64,000 nt of DNA. Source: the human T2T-CHM13v2.0 reference genome, Homo sapiens. Every line of letters starts with the position of its first letter. The first letter of the stretch is position 1. The DNA lies in the NCBI RefSeq assembly GCF_009914755.1, contig NC_060926.1; one strand, written 5' to 3'. The notes beneath the pieces are model-generated. The model worked only from the letters and a program-made list of their open reading frames with translations. It was not told the origin of the DNA and did no database searches. Below, piece after piece: positions 17,782 through 41,814 of this stretch. Both the position numbers and the translations under genes were made by a program.

Positions 17782-18109
17782 TTAATTACCTTAAGGACAG
17801 GAACTGTGTCAATATCTTGATATGCTCCCAACACTGGGAAAGGGCTCAGCATATGCTGTAGAGAAAATAAATGGCTATGAATGAACAATTTCAAACCCTT
17901 TATCTTGATGGGAAAATGACTTCCTTGCAGTGTCACCATCATCCACCTTCCTTTTCCACCCCTCTGCGAACAGCACTCCTCATCTGGAATGCAGCTCACA
18001 GGAGTGACACAGTAGATGAGGCAGACTCGGGAGCTGACCTTCAGGAATTTTGCACCATCCTCTAACCAATGCTTTAAAAAGTGTGAGAAAAAATGGGGCC
18101 CTGCTATAA

Positions 18110-20060
<1,951 letters not shown>

Positions 20061-21576
20061 GCACATTCTGAAGGAAACAAGCACCACAAAAACCTCTTTG
20101 TGAACGTGGCAGCAGAAACCCAAATCAAACTACCTTAAGCAAGAAAATGGATTTGCTGGGAAGAAACTGGGGTAGGCAGCTCAGTGTGAGTGGAAAAATT
20201 GCAGAAGGAAGTCAGGATCTGAGGACCTTGGAGACTGAAATTGGGGACTCGATTATCATTGGAATCACTTTTATTTCTGCTGTCTCTGCATTCTCCCCTA
20301 TTTACAATAAATTTTCTTTATATAATGGGGACATGCTGATGGAAATTCCAAATTCTTATTACCAAGTTCCATATTTCAGTCATTTATTACAAGCCACCCC
20401 AAAGTTAGTGGCTTCATACAACAAGAATTTGTTTTGCTCATGAATCTATAATTTGGGCAGGGCTCAGAGGGGACATCTAATCTCTAGTCTGTGTGGCATC
20501 AGTTGGGGTTCAAAGGCAAGAGGTCACTGGACAGCTGGGAGCTGGAATGCCTGAGGGGTCCTTGCCTGATTGTCTGAGGATTGATGTTAGCTGCTGGGGA
20601 CCTCAGCTGGGGGTGTGGCCGGAGCACCTATCTATGGCCAGTGTGGCTGCCTGGACTTCCTCATAGCATGGTTCCAGGGTTCCAAAAGCACTGTCCCCAG
20701 AGGATCAGATGCAAACTGCATTATCTTTTATTACACAGCCTTAGATGTCACAAAGCATTATTTTCACCTTAGTCCCACCCTTACCGAGATTCAAGAAAAG
20801 GGAAAACCAACCCCACCTCTTTATAGGTGAAATAAAAATGTTACATCATACGCAGCAACGTCTGGGGGACGTTGTTGTAACCATCTTTGAAAAATACAAC
20901 CTGCTACACTGCATCATCTGAGGTGGTAGATTTTATTAGTTACTGTATCAAAAACCCCAGGGAAGAACATTGATTGACTTGGCCTTGGTCAGTGCTCACT
21001 CCACTGACCAATTATTGTGAGCAAGAAAGGGAAGCACAAAGAATAGCCCAGCCTGGCTCACATGCTCATTCTGTGACTGGCTGGAGGGAACAGCCAAAAT
21101 TACATACAACCACTATAAACTAGGACTTCCCACGTTCTGATCCTTCTGGACACCAGAGTCAGCTACGACAATAAGAAGGGTTCACAGAGTCCAGATGCCT
21201 TTATGTAAAAACACCTAAAGGACAATATTTTCAGAAATGTGTTGGCAGCAAGAAAGACCAACAGGGGAGGAGGAACTATGGCCAGGTGTGGGGTCAGTCA
21301 GAAGAGTTCAGGTGTGTCAGTCAAAGTCCTGGAAGAGGATCTAGGACCAAAAAGAATCAACCAAGACAGACAGGGACAGCCATACCCCATAGCGGCAGCA
21401 GGTGAAAGTGTAAGCCTGAAAAGTCAGGTGGGAGAGGTTGGTGGGCTCTAGGGCGTGAGAGGAAGGCTCCAAGGCAAGGGGGCCCGTGCAGTGAGCTTCC
21501 ACTTGCATTTGTCCTCACAGCAACTCTACCATGTAGCTATCATTTCCACAGATGTTCAGAGAGATTAAGTAATTAT

Positions 21577-21879
21577 CGCCGGGCTCGGTGGCTCACGCCT
21601 GTAATCCCAGCACTTTGGGAGGCCGAGGCGGGCGGATCACCTGAGGTCGGGAGTTTGACACCAGACTGACCAACATGGAGAAAGCCCGTCTCTACTAAAA
21701 ATACAAAATTTGCTGGGTATGGTGGCACATGCCTGTAATCCCAGCTACTCAGGAGGCTGAGGCAAGAGAATTGCTTGAATCTGGGAGGCACGGAGGTTGC
21801 GGTGAGCCGAGATTGCGCCATTGCACTCCAGCCTGGGCAAGAAAGGCGAAACTCCATCTCATCAAAAAAAAAAAAAAAA
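21577..21879 (+). mobile_element. Alu (AluSp-like) inside a MIR
   Basis: GACCAACATGGAGAAA diagnostic; TSD AAGTAATT. Confidence 0.9.
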
Positions 21880-22031
21880 GTAATTCTCTCCAGGTCACCC
21901 AAGACATGAGCCTCAAAGGTTTATACAGGAAGAAGTCCAGGTTCTGAGAGTACATCAGAGGCCACCCCCCGTAAGTAGGGGACACAGATGCATGCTCTCA
22001 TCCCAGGGCAGCCCTGGACACTGCTCCACTC

Positions 22032-22222
22032 CAGCACTGCTCCCAGCGTGTGGCCCACAGACACTCAGCCCAGCCATCACCTGGGGACTGGCTAGAAATG
22101 CAAACTCATGGGCCGTACCCTAAACCTCCCATTTCCAAATCTCTGGGGACAGGGCCTGTGGAGTTTCTAATAAACCTTCCAAGTGATCCTGAACACACTT
22201 ACGTTTGAGAACCACCGCTCTA
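22032..22222 (+). mobile_element. MER5A (hAT-Charlie) relic
   Basis: CATCACCTGGG..TAGAAATGCAAA...GTTTGAGAACCAC. Confidence 0.7.
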
Positions 22223-22326
22223 TTCCATTTTATTCCCATGGTTTACTCCAAACAGCCTGGAGCCACCAGTATAAACTGTAACTGGCATGCGAGAGACCTG
22301 CAGGAAACTGATTACACAAGGACAGG

Positions 22327-22396
22327 ATGTTGGCATTACCCAGTCATGGTTATTACCCTTGGGTAATAACCCAAGGGTAATGTTGGCATTACCCTT
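22327..22396. repeat. Three overlapping perfect hairpins plus a 15-bp direct repeat
   Basis: Stems of 11, 13 and 10 bp built on ATTACCC/GGGTAAT. Confidence 0.9.
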
Positions 22397-22764
22397 ACAC
22401 GGTTGCCTCGAGGGTGACAGAAGATCCAATATATGGATGTATAGTTTGCTTTGCAAAAAGTCATTCTCATTCCATACCCCAGCCCCTACCCCAGCTTGAA
22501 GTTACCACTCTCCTTACTCTAAATCCCTTAAAATACATAAAGTCTGAATCACCTCATTATTATTTTTTACTGGCTGCCCTATATGTTAGTGGTCTGCTCA
22601 TGTTAATGTCTTACCTCCTAATTAGGTTGTAAGCTCTTCAAAGGCAGGTGCAGGCATGACCTCTAAGTGACTAGGACAGAAGCCCAAATAAAAGTATCTT
22701 TTGTAAGCTAATATTTATAGGCCCTTGATAAGTATTTTGCTGAATGTTATATGTGTGTAATAGA

Positions 22765-23400
<636 letters not shown>

Positions 23401-23571
23401 TGTCTTGTTTAATCCACAGAAGCACAATCCTATAAGCTGGGTGTGACCTTGAGGAGACTGAGACTTCAGAGGTGTCAAGGACCCCCTTCAGCATCACACC
23501 CAGGAGGGAGCTGTTGGAGGCAGGCCCACATCTAAGACTGTGTGATGCCCAGGTCCCCGCCCTTACCCAGC

Positions 23572-23717
23572 CTAACGCAGGGCTCCGGCGTGCAGGTGTC
23601 ACGGTGTCGCTGCTTCTCACTAACGCAGGGCTCCGGCGTGCAGGTGTCACGGTGTCGCTGCTTCTCACTAACGCAGGGCTCCGGCGTGCAGGTGTCACGG
23701 TGTCGCTGCTTCTCACT
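23572..23717. repeat. 48-bp minisatellite, 3 identical CpG-rich copies
   Basis: TAACGCAGGGCTCCGGCGTGCAGGTGTCACGGTGTCGCTGCTTCTCAC at 23573, 23621 and 23669. Confidence 0.97.
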
Positions 23718-23984
23718 TGTGTAAGAAGTGCCACCGCAGAAGTACCACAGCTGGTGGCAAAGTGCTTAACATGGTACGTGCTCAAAAACTGTGAGCTATT
23801 TTAAATACTTGACTTTCTATTTTAAAACGCCTGGTCACCTTCATCATTTTGTTTCTGAAAATGACCATGGGCAATGGGTGGAGCCTCTTTTACTATACCT
23901 AACGTGAGAGGTGAAGAAACCAGGGCTGGGGAGTTAAGAGACCCGGGTTTGTTTTCCTACCGCTCAAGGCTCCCTCCTTCTACT

Positions 23985-25667
<1,683 letters not shown>

Positions 25668-26447
25668 CGACTACTCGCCACCACTCACATGGCGTTTCTA
25701 TCCAGTCTGGATCATTCCTGCCAGCCCTGCAGTTCAGGGCTGTCCTCAGCTGGTGCCCTATCAGACTTACACCTGCAGGGCAGATGCAAAAGTGAAAACC
25801 TTCCTCCAGCCCCACAGTCTAAGAAAAAACAGATTTGAGGCATCAAAGGCCCACTCTCTGAAGGACCAAGGCAACTGTGAGGTTCCACTGAAGCTCTGTG
25901 GTGAAGCCTCCTTCAAGCTTTCTCCTGCAAACCCCCTCATCTTCCACGCTGTGACTCCACTCCAGGCCACTGCTTTAGAGACCTCTTCTAACCCGCTCCA
26001 AGGACATGACATCAGGGCAGGAAAAGCGTGCCTTATGACTGGGCTCTGCCTGGGCTTAGTCATCCTGCTGGACCAGCTCTAGGGGAAGGCTGTGGTTTTA
26101 CTTCATCTCTCTGAGCTTGTAAAATTAATCAAACTTGTATTTTTAGTACGGGATTTATTTTTCAAGGTCAGTTTTTCCAGATCTCATAAAAAGATAAAAA
26201 GTGGTAACAGCTTCTTTGGATATCTTAAATATTCTACATGCAGAATGAAATGCATCTTTGTATAAGAAAACCCTGGGGTGAGTATGGAGAGCTAGCTCTC
26301 CCCAGCAGTTTGAAAAGCCTCCGGGTCACTGAGTGCCAGGCCAGCTCCACCATTCTCTGGGTTGATGAGTATGTCTTGTGAAGGGCAGGGTGTTAATCGT
26401 TAACTCAAGCTTTTGAAAGGGAGTTCAGTAGCATAACTTGTTAGTAA

Positions 26448-27324
<877 letters not shown>

Positions 27325-28334
27325 GCTGTTACTGGGGTTTAAGTGGAGGAGAGGGGAACATTTAAGAGAAAACTGTAATTTCTCAGACACCAGTTTCTCC
27401 ATGAAAAATCTTGTGGGCTCACTTACAAAGCCCTTAGAATGTGAATCCACTTCCACCCCCGAGCCCGCTCCAAGATGATGGCACTCTTCCTTCCCATCTC
27501 CTCCCTGTTCCCTCCTGACAGCTCCAGCGCCAGTGTTCTGCTCTCAGAATATAAATTTAGCTGCTCGAGGAGGATGAGCAAGGCTCGTGGCAACTGTGCT
27601 CTCTGCAGGTGGTGTGAGTCACTCAGTCTCGAGAGGGGCCTCCTCCGGTCTTGTCAGTATCTTCGGCCCTGGCTGGGCTGGCTAAGCACACCTGCAGCGC
27701 CGGCTCTGGTATCGGGATGGTAGCTCACCCAGGGAGCTAAAGCTGTAATTAAACCCACCCAGAAGATGTTCCCTGTGTCTGACCAACTTGTTCGCTTTTT
27801 TTTTTTTTCTCCTTTATACGATGTATTCCCAGTGGACAAGTTATTCAGATCATCTGGTGAAAGCAGACCCACTTCCTGGTAAAATAAACATGCCTTTCTT
27901 TCCATCCCAATGTCTAAATGCTTAAGGAATTTTAAGCCAAATCTGATATTTTTCCTTTTTAGCGCTTGCCATTGCACACTGGTCTGCTTCTTCTAGGCTG
28001 TCCCATAAGCATATATTTTTTCACTTCTCTCTGGCCCATGTTCTTCCCAAATGCCCAGCACTTCCTGAAGGCCAGGTTCAGTGTCGCACTTTCTCTAAAC
28101 AAGGGTGCAAGGCCACCATCTAGTGTTCAACAGCGGAAGTGCAGGTCTGCAACAAGTCAACTAGGTCGGACAAGTGCACTCCAGTGGGATCCCTGAATGT
28201 GGTTCCATCCGCCGCCATTTCTGGGAATGTTGTGACAGTTTGTCACAAAATCGGACAGGCTGCATACATTAAGCAGCTAAAGAAACTGATGTATAGATGA
28301 GAATTAAAAAACATTTCTCTACCCTCTCCCAGTG

Positions 28335-28454
28335 TAGAGCGGTGACCAACCATTCTGGTTTTTACCTGGGACTGAGGGGACTGCCTACGACCAAGGACTT
28401 TCAATCCTAAAAGCAGAAAAGTCCCAGGCGAAGAGGGAAAAGTTGATCACCCAA
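28335..28454. mobile_element. hAT-Blackjack MITE (MER81/MER94-like)
   Basis: GGTGACCAAC ... GTTGATCACC terminal inverted repeats. Confidence 0.55.
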
Positions 28455-29605
28455 TAAGGAGAAATAAAATGGCTCTGGGAGCAGAAACTTGTAAGAAATA
28501 AGAGGCCTTGGGCTTCTGGTTGGCGGTGGAAGACAGCTTTAGAAGAAAACTTTTGTTTTTATAGAAGAGATGGCACTGTACGGTTATCAGAGGGAGGAGG
28601 CTCAGTCAGACAGCAAAGAAATGACCTGGGGCATTAGCCCAAAAAGTCCTGATCAAGAGGCTGGGCTGGGCTTAGGGGATTCTCTGGTGGCCTCCAGACC
28701 GAGGAACCTCAGTTACAATTGCTCTCCTGTTATGAAGGCAGGTTGTGCATCTGCTCTTACAGGCGTGCCCTTGCTGCTTTGAGCAGTGTGGTATTTGTAT
28801 AAATCTCTAAGATGGTGTCAGTGCCTCAAATGAACTCAACTGGGCTACACTCAGGAAGCGAACCAGAGCTTGCTGTTTCACTGACCATCTGAGAATGCCC
28901 CAGTAAGCAAGGGGACTTTGCAATTGCACCTCTGCCACTGGCTGTATGACACTGAGCAAGTGACTTAACTGTTCTGAAAGTCCCTTTCTTCGGTGGGCTG
29001 TTGTGCAGTTGGATGAAGCAGGCATATAAAGTCCTCTTAGCCCAGTGTCCAGCATTTGGCCAGCTCTGGGTGAAGCCTGTCTGTCTTTGACCAAGCAACC
29101 CAGACACAGTCCCTGGCCCTGAAGCCAGAGTCCTGGGGCCTCTTCTGTTCCTTCCAGCAGACCCCCCAAATTGAGCCTGCTTCTTTTTCTGTTTAGAGTT
29201 TCTACCACCTACTTCTTGCTTTTCTTCTGACCTGGTACTCACGCACCCTTCCCCTTACTCCCAGGACTGGCTGAAGAATGGAGATTATAACAGCAATTGT
29301 GAGATTCACCAGATAATTCATGCAAAGAGCCTAGAGCAGGGCCTGGCGCTAGGCTCTAGGCTAGCAGGTCAGAGCTTAAAAATGCTCCTGTCATTGTGGC
29401 TCTCTCACCTTCACTTCCAAGTTACAGGTCCTGTTCTTTGCTGGAGTCTAAGAAACTGAAGTTCAAGAGATCCCCCAAATTTCACCCTGAAATCTAAGCA
29501 GTGCGGAAAAGCTTCAAAGGCCTTCCTGGTTCACTTATTCATCCATGCAACCAAGTTTTATGGCTCCTACGCCAGACATTGTGTGAGGTAGGAAGAAGCC
29601 ACTGA

Positions 29606-29905
29606 GGCCAGGCTCAGTGGCTCACATCTGTAATCCCAGCACTTTGAGAGGCCAAGGCAGGAGCATTGCTTGAGTCCAAGAGTTTGAGATCAGCCTGGGC
29701 AATGTGGCAAAACCCCATCTCTACAAAACTTTTAAAAATTAGCTGGGTGTGGTGGTACAAATCTGTGGTACCAGCTACTGGGGAGGCTGAGGTAGGAGGA
29801 TCGCTTGAGCCCAGGAGGTCAAGGCTGCAGTGAGCCATGATTGCACCACTGCACTCCAGCCTGGGTGACACAGTGACATCCTGTCGCCCTTCACCCAAAA
29901 AAACC
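29606..29905 (+). mobile_element. AluJ
   Basis: Dimeric Alu with J diagnostics. Confidence 0.9.
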
Positions 29906-30295
29906 CACCTGCGAACAGGACAAATGCAGCCACTGTCCTCCGGGTCTTATAGCCAACAGGGAAGCCAGCCATTAAAGGCAAATTATGACAAGATGCCAAA
30001 GATGGGGCTTGGAGGGCTGAAGGAACGGGGAACAGAAAACTTCTCTCCCAGGGGGTCCAAAAGGCAGCCATATTTAAATGAGACATGAGGGATGAAAGTG
30101 GGAATGAGCTCACCTGCCAAGGAGTGAGGCAAGGGGAAAGGCACAGAGAATTCTCAACCATAGGGAAGAAGCAAGAATGGCCAATGCCAGGGACTAAGAA
30201 AGGCCAGAAGACAGAGCCAGAGAAACAGAACATGGAGCGGGGGCACCCCAAGGAAGGCAGGCGGGGGCTAGAATTTGCAGGACTTGAAAGTGTAA

Positions 30296-30594
<299 letters not shown>

Positions 30595-31293
30595 AGGGCA
30601 GGGGACTTCTTTCTGAGGGTGATGGGGAGCCCAGCCCAGCATGAAGTGGGGGAGTACAGATCAGACTGGAATTTTGGAAAGCTTGCTCTTTTATCCCTGG
30701 GCATGAAGCTAAGCAAACATCACCTACCCCTCCCGCAAGACTCCTTCCTTTCACTAATTCTTCAGAGGAGATGTAGTTAGTGGGGAGCCACAGGTGTGAA
30801 ATATGGGCTGTTTGGATGGGTAAATCCCAGGCAAGACAGCATCATCCTCCCTGCAAGTCATCCCTGGGGGCAGGAAAGGACTGGAGAGTGGGCTCTGTCC
30901 CCAGACCCGGATGGTGGGGGTGGCTGGGAGCTAGCAGCTGGCTACAGTGCCTACGCAGGCCTCTATTTTTCTTTCTATAGCTAATAAATATTAGTATCAG
31001 TTTTTACAATTGGCCAATAAATCCAGCTTATTCCAACCCCTGTGTATTTCTTAAATCCCTAGCTTGTATATCAGTTGATCTGCCATGATAGAACAAAAAT
31101 GGCCTGGATGCTTCTGGGTGTAGGTGTATGGATGGGTTGGGAGTGTGGAGAAGTTAGAAAGGAGTGACCTCATTACAGTCTTCACAGAGGTTGTCGTCTT
31201 GTGAGGAAGGGAAAAAATGAATTCAGTAGGAAGAGGACAGTGACAACCCTCTTCCTAGGGAAATTGAGGCTGGGAATGCAGGGACGTGTTTTC

Positions 31294-31649
31294 CTAAGAT
31301 TGGGATGGAGTGAGTGCTAGGGCTAGTGCTGGAACCCACCAGACCACACTAGCCATGGCTCACACAAAGGTCCCTGGAGAAGAGGACTTCTTACTTACTG
31401 TGAGAAGTAAGTCACAGGCCACATTCCTAGCCAGGATCCACTACTCTCTGAGGGCCCCCACTCTAGTCATGCAAACCTTCCTTTGCTTCCTCAAATAAGC
31501 CAAGTCCATTCCCACAGCCTCAGGATGTCTTCTGTTATGGTTCCCTCTTACCCAAAGGCTCTAACCCCTCAATGGTTACTGGCTTCCTCCTTCAGGTACT
31601 GCGTCAATGCCAGCTCTTCAGAAAGGCCCCCTGAAGACTCTTCCTGAAG
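31294..31649 (+). repeat. Inverted duplication 1, left (donor) arm
   Basis: Reverse complement of 33699-34054; 7 mismatches in 356 bp by manual alignment. Confidence 0.95.
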
Positions 31650-31897
31650 TGGCCCCACACCCACACACCAACAAGTCTCTGTCTCCCCCAGCATTATGCT
31701 TTTCATCTTCATCATTCTCAACCCCCAGAGGAAATGACCCTGCTCCTCTAGTTTCCTCTCCTACCCCCCAACTCCTGGCCCACAGACTAAAACTCAAGAG
31801 AGGAGGATCATGTCCACTTTGTTCACTGCTGCATCCCCAGGCAAGGGAGAAAGCCTGGCTTACCCTAGCACTCAGCAGCTGCAGAATGAATTAATGA
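31470..31897 (+). mobile_element. L2 3' end
   Basis: TTGTTCACTGCTGCATCCCCAG...GAATGAATTAATGAA L2 terminus. Confidence 0.7.
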
Positions 31898-33265
31898 AAG
31901 CAATGCTCTATAAACAAATCCACTTCAAGTAGACATGGAAATTATTATTTGTGAGATAACTCAATTCAAAGGTGTTATGGTAGAGAGACCAGGTTGAGCA
32001 ATCGTAAGACTTACATTTCAGTCCTACATGGACTTTTTCTTCTTGCTGTGGTGGTCAATACACAGAATATTCTGGAATCTCAGGCTGAATTTATACCTGT
32101 AGAAAGAAGAAAGCAACGCCTTACACATTATTGTTGGGAGGATCAAACTAGAGAGTATACGTTCAGTGCTTTGTAAACTGTAAGGTACAAATAGATGTAT
32201 GATTATAACTTTATGAGGAAATTACTACAATATTTATATAAGCACTTTCCCTAGTCTTTCCAAAATAGACTCTGACTTAGAAAAAATAGATTTAGAATCT
32301 GCATTTCAGAGACATCTAGGATATAAATGGAATCATTTTAACAAATGAGGGCAGAGTCCACAAATCGTGACTATTCTCAGGCTCTGTTGCTTTTCTTTCC
32401 CACCATGCCCACTGACAGCTGGCTTCATTTCTGAACAATTTTTGTTGTCTCACTATTTACTTTCCTTTTTAAAAGGTTTTTTTTTCCTATTTATATATGT
32501 AATACATGTTCTTGTAAAATTGTTAGAAAATGCTAAAGTTTTTTCAAAATCATCTGTAACCCTAACTAGTCTAGAGGTAACCCAAGTAAATATTTTGAAA
32601 TATTTTCTTCCAAATCCTTTTTAAAACTGAAATTGCATATGACAGTCTCATTTTGTACAGAGGACAAAGTGAATGTGCTGTATTGCTACATGATAATGGC
32701 TCTGTTAAGCCAGCTGAGACCCTGCTGAACAGGATACAGATGGCACTGGATGGTGGGAAAAGCACAAGAGTTTGGTTCCGACCCTGCTTCTTAGTAACTT
32801 GTAGGCTTTGGGCAAGTGATTTAACCTCTCTGAGCCTCTGTTTTCTCATATGCAAAATGAGCAATAATAATTCCTACCACATAGAGTGTTTATGAGCACT
32901 CAATAAAATAAAATATGTAAATTGATTGAAACATAGTAATGCTCAATCAATTATAGTCATATTATTAGTACTGTTAACAATAATGTCTTTAAAGGTGGCA
33001 GCTTAGTCTTGAAAAAAGAGGAGATTAAATTGAAGCCAAGTTGGCTGGAGCCAGACACGATGAAAGGGAACAGAGTAAGAACTCTGCACTCATTGCTGGG
33101 ATCCAGCCTGAACAACCAGGGAAAGCATTCCATGTCCAGGGCTTACCCCTTCCTCAAGAACAGCATCAAGGACATAGACGATCAACAGGTACCGTCAGTC
33201 CCCAGGTCTGGCCACAGAGAAGCATTGTGATCAGAGCTCTTTGTCACTAGCTGAAGAAAGGTAAG

Positions 33266-34073
33266 TGTGGCAGGTCCGTGGCATGTCACCCACAGCACCC
33301 TTCAGAATGAAGGAGCCTGGAGGCTGCAAGGCCAGCCTCTGCAGTCACCAACCCTGGGGATGACCTCAGTAAAGAAGGCTGTCTTGCCAAGGGTCACATC
33401 CCTTTTCGGGGTAACACACACCCTGTGACTGGCAATACAGGTGTACAAAGGCCTGACCTTCTCTTCCCAAGTCAGGACAGCTATGAAAGCTCATCCCACC
33501 TTCAGCTTGCCCTGGTAGGTTAGCGGTGGCTTCCATGGAGTCTTGGCATCTCCCTCTACACAATCCTGCTTCCCTGCCTTCCCCTTCCTTCTCCCCTTCC
33601 CCTTCGTCTCCTTTCCCCTTCCATTCCCTTCCATAGGCTTTGATCCCAAAAGCACTCCCTACTGGAGCTCCTACATGCTAACTCCATCTCTGAGTCTGCT
33701 TCAGGAAGAGTCTTCAGGGGGCCTTTCTGAAGAGCTGGCATTGACGCAGTACCTGAAGGAGGAAGCCAGTAACCATTGAGGGGTTAGAGCCTTTGGGTAA
33801 GAGGGAACCATAACAGAAGACATCCTGAGGCTGTGGGAATGGACTTGGCTTATTTGAGGAAGCAAAGGAACGTCTGCATGACTAGAGTGGGGGCCCTCGG
33901 AGAGTAATGGACCCTGGCTAGGAATGTGGCCTGTGACTTACTTCTCACAGTAAGTAAGAAGTCCTCTTCTCCAGGGGCCTTTGTGTGAGCCATGGCCAGT
34001 GTGGTCTGGTGGGTTCCAGCACTAGCCCTAGCACTCACTCCATCCCAATCTTAGAAAAATCCAGCTTGTGACA
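33266..34073 (+). mobile_element. ERVL LTR16-like LTR, split near its 3' end by the inverted copy
   Basis: GATCCCAAAAGCACTCCCT...CTCCATCTCTGAGTCTGCTT before the insert and AAAAATCCAGCTTGTGACA after it. Confidence 0.6.
33699..34054 (-). repeat. Inverted duplication 1, right (derived) arm
   Basis: Reverse complement of 31294-31649. Confidence 0.95.
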
Positions 34074-34213
34074 GGAGACCCACCTGCTCCCCCTCCTCAC
34101 ATCTCCTGGTGCAATCCCTGCTGTGTGCCCTGCAGGGCTTCTTGAGTAAATAGTGAGCTGAGCTGACATTGGATTCTATTCTTACAGTTTGCCCTTTTTT
34201 CAATGTTACCCAA

Positions 34214-40105
<5,892 letters not shown>

Positions 40106-40313
40106 AATTTAGTTTTTAAAAAATATTACATATATATTTGTTGAAAAATAAGCATTAAAGAAGTGTATAATATAAAAAGTTTCTTGTAAGATACCCAGAC
40201 CCTACTCATTCCCTTCACCCTCTTCCCATACCCCCCACCCACACACACACTGCCTCTGGATAAATACTATTAATGGTTTGATATATTTTCCTCTGATTCT
40301 GTTTTTGGGGGCA

Positions 40314-40611
40314 TTTTTTGACAGGGTCTTGCTCTGTGGCCCAGGCTAGAGTGCAGTGTCACGATTACAGCTCACTGCACCCTTGACCTCCAGAGCTCAA
40401 GCGATCCTCCCACCTCAGCCTCCCAAGTAGCTGAGACTACAGGCTCATGCCACCATGCCCAGCTAATTTTTGTTTTGTTTTGTTTTGTTTTTATACAGAT
40501 GAGATTTTGTCATGTTGCCGAAGCTGGTCTTGAACTCCTGGGCTCTAGCAATCTGCCCGCTTTGGCCTCCGAAAGTGCTGGGACTACAGGTGTGAGCCAC
40601 TGCACCCAGCC
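40314..40611 (-). mobile_element. AluJ
   Basis: Reverse-strand Alu; TSD CTCTGATT. Confidence 0.9.
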
Positions 40612-41401
40612 TACTCTGATTTTTTGCATAACCTAAAATATCTATCTACCTTTATATATAATTTACATTTTTAAAACCAAAAATTGAATTATACTAAACA
40701 TAGTCCTGCAACATGCTTTTCTTATCCAATATATTTTGGGCATTTTTTCTATATCAGTATTTTATTGCTATCAGTGGCTACACAATATTCTACTGAATGA
40801 CTGTGTCATGATTTATCATTTCTTATAATGGTGGAAGTATATACATTTTTCCTTTCAACATTACAAATATTGCTGAAAACAACTATTTATTTGTGTTAAT
40901 GTATTTCTAGTCTCATTTCCTAGAAGTAGAAAATGTAAGACCAAACAGTTTTTGCCTATTTTAAAATGTAATCGATTCTGCCCATTGCCCTCCACAAATA
41001 TTGCACCAATTTATATCATCATCAACAGAGTATGAGACTCTGTCCGTTTGCCCATACTCTCAACACAGACATTAGGTTTTAAAAATTCTCCTAGAGTCAT
41101 GTTTGTGACAATAGTGAAAATGTGGAAAAGAATGTGTCCCCAGACATAGGAGTTTGTGTTCCAACACTGCATACAAGGGTAAGACATTGAGACAACAGTA
41201 GGCTTGAAGAAACAGAAAGGTAGAAACAGAGCGAAATAGAGACAGATGGACGGATGGGCATATATATGGATGGTGGGTACACAGAGATATGAAATCTCAT
41301 TTGATTCGGCTGAACATTTTTAGAACAAGCACACAGCTTTGAACATGCCCTGAAGGCAAGTGCCATGAATATATTGGATGGTTTCAGTAGTGAGAAAAAT
41401 A

Positions 41402-41717
41402 CCATTATATATAAAACAAAAAAATGTGAAATTCTAAATTTGACTAGTTATATCAAGAACAAAAGTCCGGGCCAGGCACAGTGGATCGCTCCTTGAATCT
41501 CAGCACTTTGGGAGGCCGAGGCAGGAGGATCACTTAAGCCTAGGAGTTGGAGACTGGCCTGGGCAACAAAGTGAGACCCCCGTCTCAAATTTTTAAACAT
41601 TTATTTTTAAAAAAGAAAGAACAAACAAAAGCCCTGAAAGCTGAGCAGAAGTTCTCCAGGAGGCATGCCAAGAATGGGTGCAAAACACAGCACAGTGGGC
41701 AACTCTGGAGAGTGGCC
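41402..41717 (+). repeat. Inverted duplication 2, left arm (contains a FLAM)
   Basis: Reverse complement of 42601-42916; ~95% identity by manual alignment. Confidence 0.95.
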
Positions 41718-41814
41718 AGGAGTGTAACATGGTCACAGCATCAGGCACCTGTAGGAAGGGGATAATAGGAACAGGCCCACAGTGGAGGATGCAGCAGGGA
41801 GAATATGGGTACAG

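Noticed and set aside
31294-34054. Inverted repeats as TIRs of a novel DNA transposon; twin 62-aa ORFs MSARASAG...
   Set aside because: No TSD or transposase; one arm is part of an L2 and the other interrupts an LTR; the twin ORFs are a by-product of the duplication.
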